A DNA stretch of 64,000 nt, from the NCBI GenBank assembly GCA_013239625.1, contig MU053588.1:645988-709987 (forward strand), in the 5' to 3' direction. Below the pieces are notes generated by a model. The model did no database searches, was not told the DNA's origin, and saw only the letters and a list, made by a program, of their open reading frames with translations. A program made the translations under genes and the position numbers. This DNA comes from Lama guanicoe (Eukaryota). Below, piece after piece: positions 1 to 14,064 of this stretch (position 1 is its first letter; every line of letters begins with the position of its first letter).

Positions 1-317
1 AAATCAAAAGATGGAGATAAGGAAAGCATGGGAGGTTTAAACAACATCCTTCCCAGTGTCTGGTATGAGCTAAGAGGAACTACCATAAAAGAAGTAGCCA
101 ACAGAGGGGGCTGAGGCCTTTATAAAAAAAAGCATTCCCCTTGCATTATTCCCAGTGCCTTCCCTCCCCTCATCACCAGCCACCCCACCCCTGCCAAATC
201 CTAGAGAGGTAGGTCTTGGAGTCTTTCTGAACTTGGGCGGATTCTTCCTAGGAAGGTTCTTTTCTGTGAAAGGATCTTTCCACTTATCTCTGTTCCTACC
301 TGATACGTCTTGACTCA

Positions 318-812
<495 letters not shown>

Positions 813-1128
813 CTAGGAAGCTGAGATGGCAGTGAATGGAGTGATCTGTATATGGGGGCTTCAGGGATAGGAGAAAAGGGTGAAAAAAGAGGGCACTTGA
901 GGAGGAAGGGGACAAACAAGAATAGGAGAAGAAATGGAGAAAGGAGTGAGCAGTCAGGGGATCGTCAGGATAGCCTAAGAATGGAAAAAGACTATGAACA
1001 AGAAAAAAGGACAGGAAAAGTTAATGAACACTGATGAACAGATAATGAAGGAAGGGAGGGGGAAAATGGGGAGGGGGAAGAAGAAAATCAGAAACTGGTA
1101 AAGAACTGAAGAAGGCACAAAGAACTTA

Positions 1129-4011
<2,883 letters not shown>

Positions 4012-4394
4012 CTAGAAGAGAGTAAGACGGAAACTGTCTAGAAAAGATAGTAGAAGAGGAAAGAGCAAAATATTCAACTCTTTTCCCCTGTTCTTGAGCT
4101 AAGGAGAAACTGGAAGACTCCAGAGTGATTCAACCCCCTGGTTTTGGGAGTTGGAAATATTGTAGAAGCAGGAAACCTAAGACTCTTTCCCTACCCTTGG
4201 CCTACTTTAGGAGAACCATAAAATCTATTCAGTATGGAGACTGTAATTAGAGAAAGAATGAGGTGGGAACCCTGGATCCAGGTCACTTTCATTTAAGTGG
4301 TATTTCTTTCTGGGTTAACCTAGGGTCAGAACTTACATGGGCATGGCCCCTGTAGAATGGACTAAGAAGAAGAAGAAAGGCTAGGTAGTTTTAC

Positions 4395-4565
4395 CTGGAT
4401 TTCTTTTGTGCTTGTTGTCACCCAAGAGAGGGAGGCAAAGAAGTTGGCATCACTGATGTAATAGCATATAAGCGGCATATTTTGAGGATAGCGAGACTCT
4501 CTGAACAGAATCTGGGACCGGTCACTCAGCACAACTACATCAGTCTTTGGGTCATCTGAAGTTTG
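4395..4565 (-). CDS. WDR87: WDR87 coding exon 2 (171 nt, phase 0-0; QTSDDPKTDVVVLSDRSQ...TKEIQ)
   Basis: Acceptor gcctctccccag|CAA at 4566/4565 and donor CAG|GTAAAA at 4395/4394. Open frame (part of ORF 4362..4607), in phase with both neighbours. Confidence 0.85.
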
Positions 4566-4952
4566 CTGGGGAGAGGCATGGCATAAACTGAGAGACCAGG
4601 AATGCACTAAAATATATTCTCACCTAAGTCACAATTGAAGCAGTTCCCAAATGCCTCAGCCCCAAGGACCACTCCTGTGACACCCAGACATGCACAATTT
4701 ACCACCTGTGGGACCCCTACACTTCACAAGCGTGTAACAAAGCCCCCAACACAAGAGAGAACCAAACCTCACCAAGGGTGTATATGGGCAAATTTTATGG
4801 TGTGAGCACAGGGGAAAACTGTTCTTCCCGACATGAAGTTAGTATACCTGTCCTCTAACATCCTCTCTTCTGTCTAAAAGGTACACATGTCATAAAAGAC
4901 ACATTTAACAGATTATTGAGGCAAGTGCACTGCCATATACCCAGATGTAATG

Positions 4953-5033
4953 TAACAGTGTTCCAAAACTCAGTGCAGCTTTAAGTTATTAAAGCCTAAA
5001 ACTGCACTAAGTAAGACTTTTAGGATACCCTAC
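4953..5033. mobile_element. Palindromic Tc/mariner-type MITE remnant (family uncertain)
   Basis: agtgcagcttta (4972-4983) pairs with taaaactgcact (4997-5008), with degenerate outer arms. About 80 bp. Confidence 0.5.
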
Positions 5034-5463
5034 TTGGCCTTTAAATTTGACAGATGAAGATAGTATATATACAATATATATTATTCCACGCTGATAGAGC
5101 ATGTGCTACGAAACATGTGCATGGAATCCTTTTACGTAGTGCCAGCTGTAGCAAAACTGAGGTTGGCAGATGTTCTCTTTGGTGCCTTCTCCCTTCTCTT
5201 TTAGAAGAATCCCTCATTCCAGAGGGTTGGTTCTTCTGACAGTACTCCAAAGGCCTCCTCCATCACTACCAAAAAGTCCTTGGCAAGAGATCCCTAGACT
5301 CATTTGTAAGTTGATGGCCCACTTCCTACTAAGGTGACAATTGTCTTTATGGTCTACCCTGCCTGCTTCCTGCTTCCACAGAAGATCTGTGCTCCTCTGA
5401 AGTGCTCAACACTATTATTAAGATAGAAGCCAATAACACATTTATGTTCTACATATAACTTAC

Positions 5464-5538
5464 CTTGCTTTTCTGTATCATGTCATTTATAAGGTATTTA
5501 AAATCTTTCCACAGGGGAATGAGTCTGGGGGAAGACAT
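5464..5538 (-). CDS. WDR87: WDR87 first coding exon (MSSPRLIPLWKDFKYLINDMIQKSK); whole exon probably 5464-5584 including 46 nt of 5'UTR
   Basis: Hand-translated because it is too short for the ORF track. ATG at 5538, donor AAG|GTAAGT at 5464/5463, acceptor cctcttttggattcccacag| at 5585/5584. Matches the recalled WDR87 N-terminus MSSPRLIPLWKD. Confidence 0.88.
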
Positions 5539-5664
5539 CACCTTGATTATCCCCTGGTCCTCCTCAGGACCGTTGTTTAAAAACCTGTGGGAATCCAAAA
5601 GAGGCCAGCTTAGCACTGCTACTGTTTGAGGAGCTGGAAATCAGAAGCCAAGATCCAAGAACTC

Positions 5665-5830
5665 ATGTTTATTGGACACTTTAAATGTCAGGAACTATGC
5701 ATAAGGCATACCTTCTAATTTAATCCTCATTACAGCCCAGGGAGGTAGGTATTACCCCATTTTATCAGTGAGAAAACTGAGGCTTGGAGAGGATAAATAA
5801 AGGAGTTGGGGTTTGAACCTTAGCGTTGGC
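5665..5830 (-). mobile_element. MIR SINE
   Basis: tttaatcctcattacagccc...attaccccattttatcagtgagaaaactgaggct, the reverse MIR core. Confidence 0.75.
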
Positions 5831-5961
5831 TGTCAAATCTAGTAGGATATTTTGGGTGAGGGAAGCAGAGAAACCCTAGAGAGGAATGGAAGGGAATACT
5901 GTCATAAGCAAATAGTGGTTCTTTGATGGTAGTGGTGTGTCAAGAGAGCTTTTTGCAAGGA

Positions 5962-6435
5962 CCAGTGGTTCCCAAATGTGGTTCCTGGACCTCCTGCACC
6001 AGGATTCCTGAGAAAGAGGTGTGCCTTTTTTTTTTTTAATTGAAGTATAGTCAGTTTACAATGTTGTGTCAGTTTCTGGTGTACAGCATAATATTTCAGC
6101 CATACGTATACATACATATATTCGTTTCCATATTCTTTTTCATTATAGGTTACTGCAAGATACTGAACATAGTTCTCTGTGCTATACAGTAGAAACTTGT
6201 TGTTCATCTATTTTATATATAGTAGTTAATATTTGCAGATCTCGAACTTCCAGTTTATCCCTTCCCACCCCCTTTCCCCTGGTAACCATGTCTGTGAGTC
6301 GGTTGAGGTACGTCTTAAAATGCAGAACCTTACGTACTGCCCTAGATCTACTGAAGCAGAGCCGTGGAGGTGGGACCCTGAGACCTTCACAAGCTCCCTA
6401 GGTGTTTCTGTGGACATTCAAGTCTGACTACTGGA
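5962..6435. mobile_element. MER5-type hAT element interrupted by an L1 3' fragment
   Basis: cagtggttcccaaa terminus on the left. MER5-like sequence (ttaaaatgcag...ggtgggaccc...caagctcc) resumes after ~6305. Confidence 0.55.
6027..6303 (-). mobile_element. 5'-truncated young L1 3' end (cetartiodactyl/camelid type)
   Basis: Poly-T then aattgaagtatagtcagtttacaatgttgtgtcagtttctggtgtacagc. The same family recurs at 15490, 35712, 40712, 63590 and 63780. Confidence 0.8.
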
Positions 6436-7016
6436 ATAGGAAACTGAGATAAAGGGCGCCCAGGACTAAGAGTCAGCCCCACGTTGCACAGCTGGAGAAA
6501 GGATCCAGCCATCTGGCCTTGCAGGCTTTCCCAGGCTTGCGGAATAAAGTAGCTCTCTTTAATGTGATACATTTGCTGTTCATCATCCTTTCCCATTCCA
6601 TTCTCTTTGGCCTTCAAGATGACAAACCTCTACTTTTCCTGGTAGGATGGTGAATGAATCCTACTTTTAACATGTCCCCTCTGCCAGGGACTCTGTCATT
6701 ACTGATCCCATGATAGGCTTGTTTTCCTTATTTGTAAAATGCAAATACCGGCCTTGCCTACTTCACAGGATTGTTGCAGATAAGATAATTTCTGTGAATA
6801 CCTTTTTAAGTATACTCTGAAGCAACAAAAAATTATGATTACTGTTTTTAGGTTGGTTTGGTTCTCCCAGAAGTATTTATTTCCCCTAATCCACACGTCA
6901 TATTTTTCAGTTGCTCTGGAAACAGGACAGCTAAATTTATAGTCTGGCCAGCAGAGGGCAATGGAAGCCATCCTTGTGAAGCCCGTCAGGAAAACTAATG
7001 AACTTTCAGTTTAAAG

Positions 7017-7178
7017 AAGTGTCCCCAAAGTGCAGTCCTCAGGAAGCAGCATCAGCATCACCTGGGTATTTGTTAGAAATGTGAATTATCAAGCCCCATC
7101 CTAGCTACTGAATTGGAAACTTTGAGGGTAGGGCCTGGAAATCTGAGGTGGGTTTTTTTTTGTATATAACTATATATA

Positions 7179-7211
<33 letters not shown>

Positions 7212-7722
7212 ACATTTACTTTAAAAACTCAGGTAACATATAAATGCTCACAATAAAAAACTACTAGTAACTCTACCTCACCCATTTCATCATTTCCAGT
7301 GACAATCATTTTTAACTCTTAGCCAAGTTTTCTGGTTACTGTTTCCATTTTTTAAGTAAAATGTTAACTACTATTTCTTGATTTTTCAAAATTATACTTG
7401 TCTTTTAAATTACTCTTACTTGGAACATTCTGTAAGCTAGTTTTTTTTATTACACTTCAACTCTACATACACATTATATTGCATGTAAATACATATATAC
7501 AGTATATGGCACTTATTTTTAGTTTACATGTATGTACTAATTATTGTTTCTAAGAACAGATTAGATCTTTGGCTTTTTAAACTTACATAGTTATCAAAGG
7601 AATAAAGCCAACTACAAAATAAGAATCAGCAGAATGTGGTAATCCAATCATAAAGGACCTGAAAATCTGAGTTTTAACAAGCTCTCCAGCTGGTCTTATT
7701 TACCTGGTCTGAGAACCACTGG
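7017..7722. mobile_element. MER5A split by a ~500-nt TSD-flanked insert (7148-7654)
   Basis: Left half cagcatcagcatcacctggg...gttagaaatg...gggcctggaaatctgag. Right half ttttaacaagctctccag...tgagaaccactg. Confidence 0.75.
7181..7208. repeat. (TG)14 microsatellite
   Basis: Direct read. Confidence 0.95.
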
Positions 7723-8496
7723 TTTGGAGAGCTACTGGAGTTCCAGGTCATTTGGCCCGGGCCTCCTAAGGCAGGGTCAGCAGAACTCACCCTCTGGTAT
7801 GGCTAAGCCTAGGCTCTGTGCTGCCACAGAGACTTGATGGCTGGATTTGGGGGAAGAAGCAGGCAAAACTTACTATCATCATCTCACGTGTAGAGCAGAT
7901 TAGAGCCCACAACAAAAACTTTCACATCAGTCACTTCCTTAGTTCTTAAAAGAATTTGGAGAGGCAGACAGTATCATCTCCATTGAGGAGTGAATGAGAG
8001 GAAAAGAGATGTGTTCAAAGATACACACAGGAGATTCAAAACTAAAATCCAACCCACAGTTCAGGATTCTTCTATCATTTCAGAGGAGGGAGAGGTTCTC
8101 CCAGCTGATGCTAAGGTTGCTCTCTGCCCCACAGACCCACTACTGGGAACTAGGGACTGACTTTCAGACATCAGTGTCCCCTGTGTCTCTTTCCATTCTC
8201 CCCAAGACTGCATGCTGCCCTCCTGCCGTATCTTTTCCCATTCTATCCCCCTGTAACCCTGCACTTGCTGCTCTTTTGGACCACCTTTCAGGAGCCACTG
8301 TGATCTGCTGAAATAGATCTCTGGATGGCCCTGTGGTCCAGGGCCCCACAGCTCAGATTTACCCCACTAGCTCCTTCTTGAGGCCCCAGATCTGCTGAGA
8401 GAGTAGTCACTTGTAGTCAACAAATTTGTAGTCACTGCCATCAGTTTTCATTCTTCCTCTTGTCTCCTCTGGATCCAGCTTCTCTCTCGCACACGC

Positions 8497-8582
8497 TTTT
8501 CTTAATGAAAGTACTGGAGATTGAACCCAGGACCTCGTGCATGCTAAGCACGCACTCTACCACTGAGCTATACCCTCTCCCA
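8497..8582 (-). mobile_element. tRNA-derived SINE (camelid Vic-1-like)
   Basis: Reverse complement GGGAGAGGGTATAGCTCAGTGGTAGAGTGCGTGCTTAGCATGCACGAGGTCCTGGGTTCAATCTCCAGTAC, with A/B boxes and an A-rich tail. Confidence 0.85.
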
Positions 8583-8782
8583 CTGGGTCCAACTTCTCTT
8601 GACCAGCCTATAAAAACCAAGTTTTTGGGACTCTTTGGGGGCATATTCCTTGAGGGTAAGTGAGAAAGAAGGCCTTCAAACCCTAAATCTTTGTTTATTT
8701 TTTGCCACTCTCTTATCCCATACACTAGTTTGCTCAGGTTACCTTAGAGGAAACCTCTCCTAAAATCCCCCACATCTTTTTT

Positions 8783-9200
8783 CACAATTGTAGTTAGATT
8801 TTAATAGTTCTGTCAGTAATTGATAAAAGAGCCAGATTTTAAAAATCTATAAAGATAAATTAGAACAGCATCATTGATCAACACGATCTAACTGATAATC
8901 ATTAAATAGTATACCCCGCAAAGGCAGAAATACATTAATTTGAGGTGCACATGGAATATTCACCAAGATAGACCATATCAGGGCCATAAAACAAGTCTGA
9001 ATACGTTTTGAAGACTGAAATTTAAAATGTATGTTTCCAGCCACAATGGAATTAAATTAGAAATTAATAGTAATAATATTGATAGAAAATTCTCAAACAC
9101 TTGAAAATCAAGGAACAAACTTGAAGTAACCCATGGGTCACAAAAATCATAAAGGAAATTAGTCATACAAAATATTTTAGCACAATATCAAAATTTGAGG
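8783..9200 (+). mobile_element. Old L1 ORF2 (endonuclease region) fragment
   Basis: gtgcacatggaatattcaccaagatagaccatat...cataaaacaagtct...cacaatggaattaaattagaaattaat are typical L1 EN-region sequences. Confidence 0.8.
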
Positions 9201-11534
9201 AAAATTCCCCACATTTGATTCCCCAATTCCATTATCCTTAAAACAAGTCTGGAGTGAGCTCCAGATGCCTTAATCCCAATGCTTTTAACTTTTTAATCTC
9301 TTGATAACCCAAAAATGATCTAATGGGAGAATTCAAGTCCTTCAGCCAACTTAGGGAAGTCAGTATTTGGGGGCTGAGATATGGTATGTCCTGCTGACTA
9401 TATAGAGACAAACCAGGTCTGTGATTGGGCATTGACCCTGGCACTACATACTTTTTCTTAGCTGCAGTCCATTCCAAGGCACTATGTTGGTGGTGGTGGG
9501 ATGGAAGGCCAGCATTCTATGAGCCTTGCCTTTGTAACAAAGAGAATTGGCTCTAGGGGGCACTGCACTCCATGATACCATTGGGCCCCTGGGCTCCTTT
9601 TGGGTCACTCATTGACTTCATATACTATATTGTAGAAGTGTAAGGGTATGAAATTCTTGCCCCATAGAACTTGCAGTTTAGCAGAGAAGGCAGACATCAA
9701 AGAATAGTCATAACAGTCATTATAATGGGAAATTCTGGGTGATGGGTTATATTCTTTTAGCTTGCCTGCAACTTAATTTTCCTAAAGTTAAAATAAATTA
9801 AATTATGCTACTGATTCAGTCTGAAGAAGGAAAAGTACTGTGAGTACATACAACAAGGAGACCTGACCTGACCACCCAAAAGAAGGGGGATGTGTGCTCC
9901 ACAATTTGAGGTAAAGCCCTGTATGGATCCCACATCCTTGCAGGTAGCTCTCACATTTGGGGACAGTGATGCAGAAGGCCCAGCTGGCATCAGAAAGGCC
10001 TAATTAGTTGACTGTAAAATCAGAGGAACTGTAAAACCAGAAGGCAATCTTGACTTACTGACTTACTCTGTTTTTTTTTTGAATGACATTACTGATAAGA
10101 AGCCCAAGTCTGTCCCCAGGGCCTGGGAATGCTACTCTGGCCTTACAGGTGAATTCACAGCTAGGGCTGGGACTGGAATGCACTCTCTTTACAGAAAGAA
10201 ATCCTTTTCCAGGCTGACAAACGTGCATTACTAGGGTGGGCTAGTTTTTAATTCGGTGTTTCATTTAATTTTTACACAATGATTCTATGACTTAGCTATC
10301 ATCCTCCATTAATTAAACAACTTTATAAAGTGGACATGGTAAAAATATTCAAAACAAACTAAGGAGCATCTACTGAAAAGAAAAACACCTGTTCTGTTTC
10401 CTCATCAGAAAGGTAACCCTGGGTCCGTCTTTCTACAGGTGTTCTGTACATACACAAGCATATAGGTAAAATATATTTTTCTTATACAAATGGCAGTATG
10501 CTATATACATTGTTTACACATTTTTCTACATAATTTAGGGATTAGCTGACATTAAAACATATGGCTCTGTCTCATTTTTCAACAGTTGTCAGCTGCATGG
10601 TATTCCACGCTGTGGCTGAACTATCATTTATTTATCTAAACTTCTATTAATGGACATTGGGCAGTTTCTAACCCTTTGCTACAACTCACACTGCAAATGA
10701 ATATCTTTGTTAATGCCTCAGAGTTTTATTAAATTTTAAAGTTGAAACAATGTAATTATTTTTTTCACTAAGCATAACTTATTTTAGATATACTGAGTTA
10801 AATTATTAAAATTAATTTCATCTGTTTTTAAAATTTTTTAATGTAAAGCTTCAAATTGCATATTTGGCTTGCACTATATTTCTACTAGATAGTACTGCTT
10901 TAGGCTGTCACTGCCCGGTGGTGGTCTGGACTTAGCTCTTTGAGGGTAGGAACCCAGTCTGTCTTGATTTCTCCTTTGTCCCCATGATCACCCAACCTGG
11001 CAAGAAATGGGTGCTTAATACATTTTTGTTGAATGAATGAGCAAAGAATGACTTCTGTCCTCTCTCAGGAAGAAGAAATATATGCTTCCCAACTCAGTCT
11101 TACTGAGCATTCTCTTGAGAGGATGAGGTGGAAAGGGTATTGCCTAGGTTTTCTTGACCAGAGAACCTTGCAGTTCTAGCCAGTTCTCTTGGTAATCCCT
11201 ATTGGAGTAGGAGTGGCAACATCCATTTTTTGAAAAAAGGGTCGGCTCCTTGATTATGTTAGCAGCTGGACTAAATTTGAACAAAATTTCTCAGGCTCAG
11301 GTACTCAACTAACACTGGGTACCCTCAGAATGTGCGATCAACAAATGAATGGTTGATAACTGGGTCTCCAAGGCAACCCCCTCGGTGACTTCCGTCGAAG
11401 GCAGAGCTCTGGAGCCGCCTAGTTCGGGGAAAGGCGACCAGACCTGAATCCCAACACGTTCGGGCCTCCCGGCCCTCGCGTAGGAGGGAAGGAGGGCGTG
11501 TCCGCCTCGTAAAGGCTCAGGCCGCGCCTGTTAC

Positions 11535-11660
11535 CTGCAACGACTGGACTCCCGACAAGGGACGGGTATGGTATGTGTGGCGGCACTCAGAGCTCCTATG
11601 TGAAGGACCAGACCTAGCACAGGAGAGCCTGAAGAGCGACCTTGGGGATGCTGCGGGAGG
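11535..11660 (-). other. WDR87: Putative non-coding first exon of WDR87 (TSS not determinable)
   Basis: Minus-strand donor CAG|GTAACA at 11535/11534 in the CpG island. The first coding exon has an acceptor, so an upstream exon is required. An alternative donor lies at 11683/11682. Confidence 0.45.
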
Positions 11661-12182
11661 ACTCAGCCAACTTAACGGTTACCTCCCCAACCCCGCGCCT
11701 GGCGGACTGACCGAGACGAGGAGAGTGAGCGCGCGTGCGCACTGGCGCGCGCCCGGCAGGAAAAAGCTCAGCGCGAGACCCGGCGCGCGCGCGTTCGAAA
11801 AGAAAAAAAAGTGCTCCTCGCGGGAGCCCGCGGCAATTTAGGCCGGAGTTGGCCGGCGAGCGCGCGTGCGCGAGCGCGCATAGACGTCCTTCTCCACAGC
11901 TCCCCTCTGTTGGGGGTCTAGCGCACTGCTCCGCTGTCCCCGCCTCTCCCGAGGCTCGCACCCTCGGGGTAAGTACCTCGTGCCTGGCGGAGAGGGAGGA
12001 AGAGGGTCCACGGAAGGAAGGGAGGGGGTAGACAGGGCTTGGAAAAAGGGAAAAACCGCCCTCGCAAAGCGAGGAGAGCGGCCAACGGGTTGGAGTCTGC
12101 AGAAGACACGCCTCCATCCCTCACACCCCTCGGGGCTGCGGAAGTACTCTGGAGACTCGGGAGGCACGGAGGCGACAGGTGG

Positions 12183-12303
12183 ACTACCATTCCCAGAAGG
12201 CGGTGCGGCGCCGCGCCTACAGCTCCCGGCAGCACTCGCGCGCCAGGCTTCTTTCAGTCCTCTGCCACCTGGTGCGAAACTACAGTTCCCAGGAGGCCTC
12301 GCG
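12183..12303 (+). promoter_or_regulatory. Three tandem ZNF143/THAP11 (SBS, ACTACAnnTCCCA) motifs
   Basis: ACTACCATTCCCAGAAGGC (12183), CCTACAGCTCCCGGCAGCAC (12216) and ACTACAGTTCCCAGGAGGCC (12279), followed by two GGAAGT ETS cores (~12315, ~12330). Confidence 0.8.
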
Positions 12304-12319
12304 CAAAGCGGCTTGGAAG

Positions 12320-12432
12320 TGGGCAGCCTGGAAGTCACTCGGGCCACCGGAGCTGGCGGCGTCTCCAGCGAGCGGCGCGGGTCTGGACGCCACGGTCGTG
12401 GGGCCCGCGGGGCGGGCAGCCCAGACGCCCAG
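12320..12432 (+). other. SIPA1L3: Putative non-coding exon 1 of SIPA1L3 (start approximate)
   Basis: Donor CAG|GTATGT at 12432/12433 just downstream of the promoter motifs. Gene identity rests only on recalled head-to-head WDR87/SIPA1L3 synteny; no SIPA1L3 coding sequence is in the window. Confidence 0.6.
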
Positions 12433-12992
12433 GTATGTGGCTCTGGGTACTGGGGCGGCCTCGCGCAAGGGTGGCGGGGAATCGGTGTCCACTCGGACCC
12501 TGAGGGTCAGCGCGGCGGGCGACTGGGCGGACGGCCGGGTGTGGGCACCGATTGTTGGGGGCGGCGGCGGCGGTGGGACTCTCGCCCTCCGGACCTGGCC
12601 GGACTCGTGCCCGCATGGCTCAACTTTCCAGACGAGCTACCTGGCGCTGTTGCGGAGGAGCGTGGTTTGGTAGTCGGGTAGCCAGGAGTTCGTGTCCTGG
12701 CTCAGCCGCTCTGGAGCTGCGATCTAGGGAAACCGCGCCGAACCTCAGTTTCCCCTTTCGGTCAAATCGGGGAAGAAGAGTATCTGTCTTTTGTCGGGAA
12801 TTCTGTTGAGATGCTGAGATCTGGTGTATAAAGCATTTGGCACATAGAAGGCACTTACTACGTGTTTGCGTTATTGTCAGTTCCTGAGAAATGGGGTGAA
12901 GGTATTATCGACCGCATGTGGTAAGTTGAGGGTGAGCCGAGGGCACAGTTAGCACTCAATGCAGAGTGGCTGCTGTTAACTAAAATTGTTTT

Positions 12993-13230
12993 GTTAAGAG
13001 CTTTGGTTTGGGAGGCAGAGACAGGTTCAAATTTTGGCTCTACCAGCTGTGTGACCTTGGGTAACTGACTTCACTGCCCTGTGCCTTGGTTTCCCTGTAT
13101 ATGAAATGGGTGATTTAATAGCAACCACCTCATAGAGTTGTTTTGAGGTTGCAATGAGAATATCATTTGTGAAGTGCTTAGAGCAGCAGCTGGAACACAG
13201 TCAGCGTTCAATAAATGGTACCAGTTATTC
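12993..13230 (+). mobile_element. MIR SINE (representative; many further MIR copies occur, e.g. ~19080, 22400, 23990, 29350, 35400, 37150, 38270, 57490, 59340, 62400)
   Basis: gctgtgtgaccttgggtaactgacttcact...tgtgccttggtttccc...tgaaatggg, the MIR core. Confidence 0.8.
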
Positions 13231-13939
13231 AGCGTTTTCTCAGTTTCTCAGAGACCCCCTGAGGGTGAGGCTCTAGCTATAGTCTTGATCTTCCAGTGGG
13301 CCAGACTCAAAACTGGTCCGGTTGATTTCGTCTCCTGCAGCCTCAGGTTCCATCTTTGTAAAATGGGTTAACAGTATCTGCCCCACAGGGTTGTAAGAAT
13401 TTGCTGAGATTGTATTCCTAGTCCAGAGTCATCTCTCACTAAGTAGCAGCTCTTATATATTTTAATTATTGTTCTGTGTTCTCCATCTGGCCCAGAGACT
13501 GCCTAACTGTGGTGGGCTGTGACATGACATTCCTGAGCTTCCCCACATGTTCAGTCCTAGCCTCAGTGTCCCATCTGCGAAATGGTAGTCATAGGACATT
13601 TGTGCCAGGGTTGTTTTGATGATTCTAGGAGATAATTCATGTTTAATGTTTAGCACGGGGCCGGATGCATAATAAGCACTTAATAAACATGCCTTGTTTT
13701 TCTTGATAGGCCTTTGCTGCTTAATGTTTGTATTTACAGGGCAGAACAGGGACAAGGTTAGTGTCCCCCTACCTCTAATTTTTATTCACCGAAGGTTAAG
13801 TTGTGGAACATACTGCAGTATAAGGGCCTGAGAAAAAGATGGCACTGACTTGCTATCAGCAGCCCTCTGCTCGTCTCTCATGCGCTACCCTCATCAGCCA
13901 ATACATTCACTCTAGTGCTTTATAGTTTTTAGGTTTTTT

Positions 13940-14051
13940 GGTGGGGGGAGGCAGTAATTAGGTTTATTTATTTTTTAATGGAGATACTGGGAATTGAACT
14001 CAGGACTTTGTGCGTGCTAAGCATGCGCTCTACCGCTGAACTATACCCTCC
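13940..14051 (-). mobile_element. tRNA-derived SINE (Vic-1-like, long tail)
   Basis: gtgcgtgctaagcatgcgctctaccgctgaactataccctcc; tail aattaggtttatttatttt. Confidence 0.85.
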
Positions 14052-14064
14052 ATTCAAATCCTTG

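Larger units (their letters stand above)
11380..12800. promoter_or_regulatory. CpG island / bidirectional promoter (WDR87 minus; probably SIPA1L3 plus)
   Basis: Very high GC and CpG density against a CpG-depleted background. Outward-facing splice donors on both strands. Contains ZNF143-type, NRF1-like and ETS motifs. Confidence 0.92.

Noticed and set aside
1054..1077. G-quadruplex-pattern sequence (GGG A GGGGG AAAAT GGGG A GGGGG)
   Set aside because: Lies in a generally purine-skewed short intron; such motifs are common and nothing here supports function.
8497..8582. tRNA-Ala-like sequence (also the five other copies)
   Set aside because: No acceptor-stem 3' half, A-rich tails, TSDs and divergent copies indicate SINEs, not tRNA genes.
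11575..12809. Many overlapping ORFs up to 233 aa on both strands
   Set aside because: Expected from stop-codon scarcity in a CpG island. They are G/A/R/P-rich, have no recognisable domain, and many have non-ATG starts.
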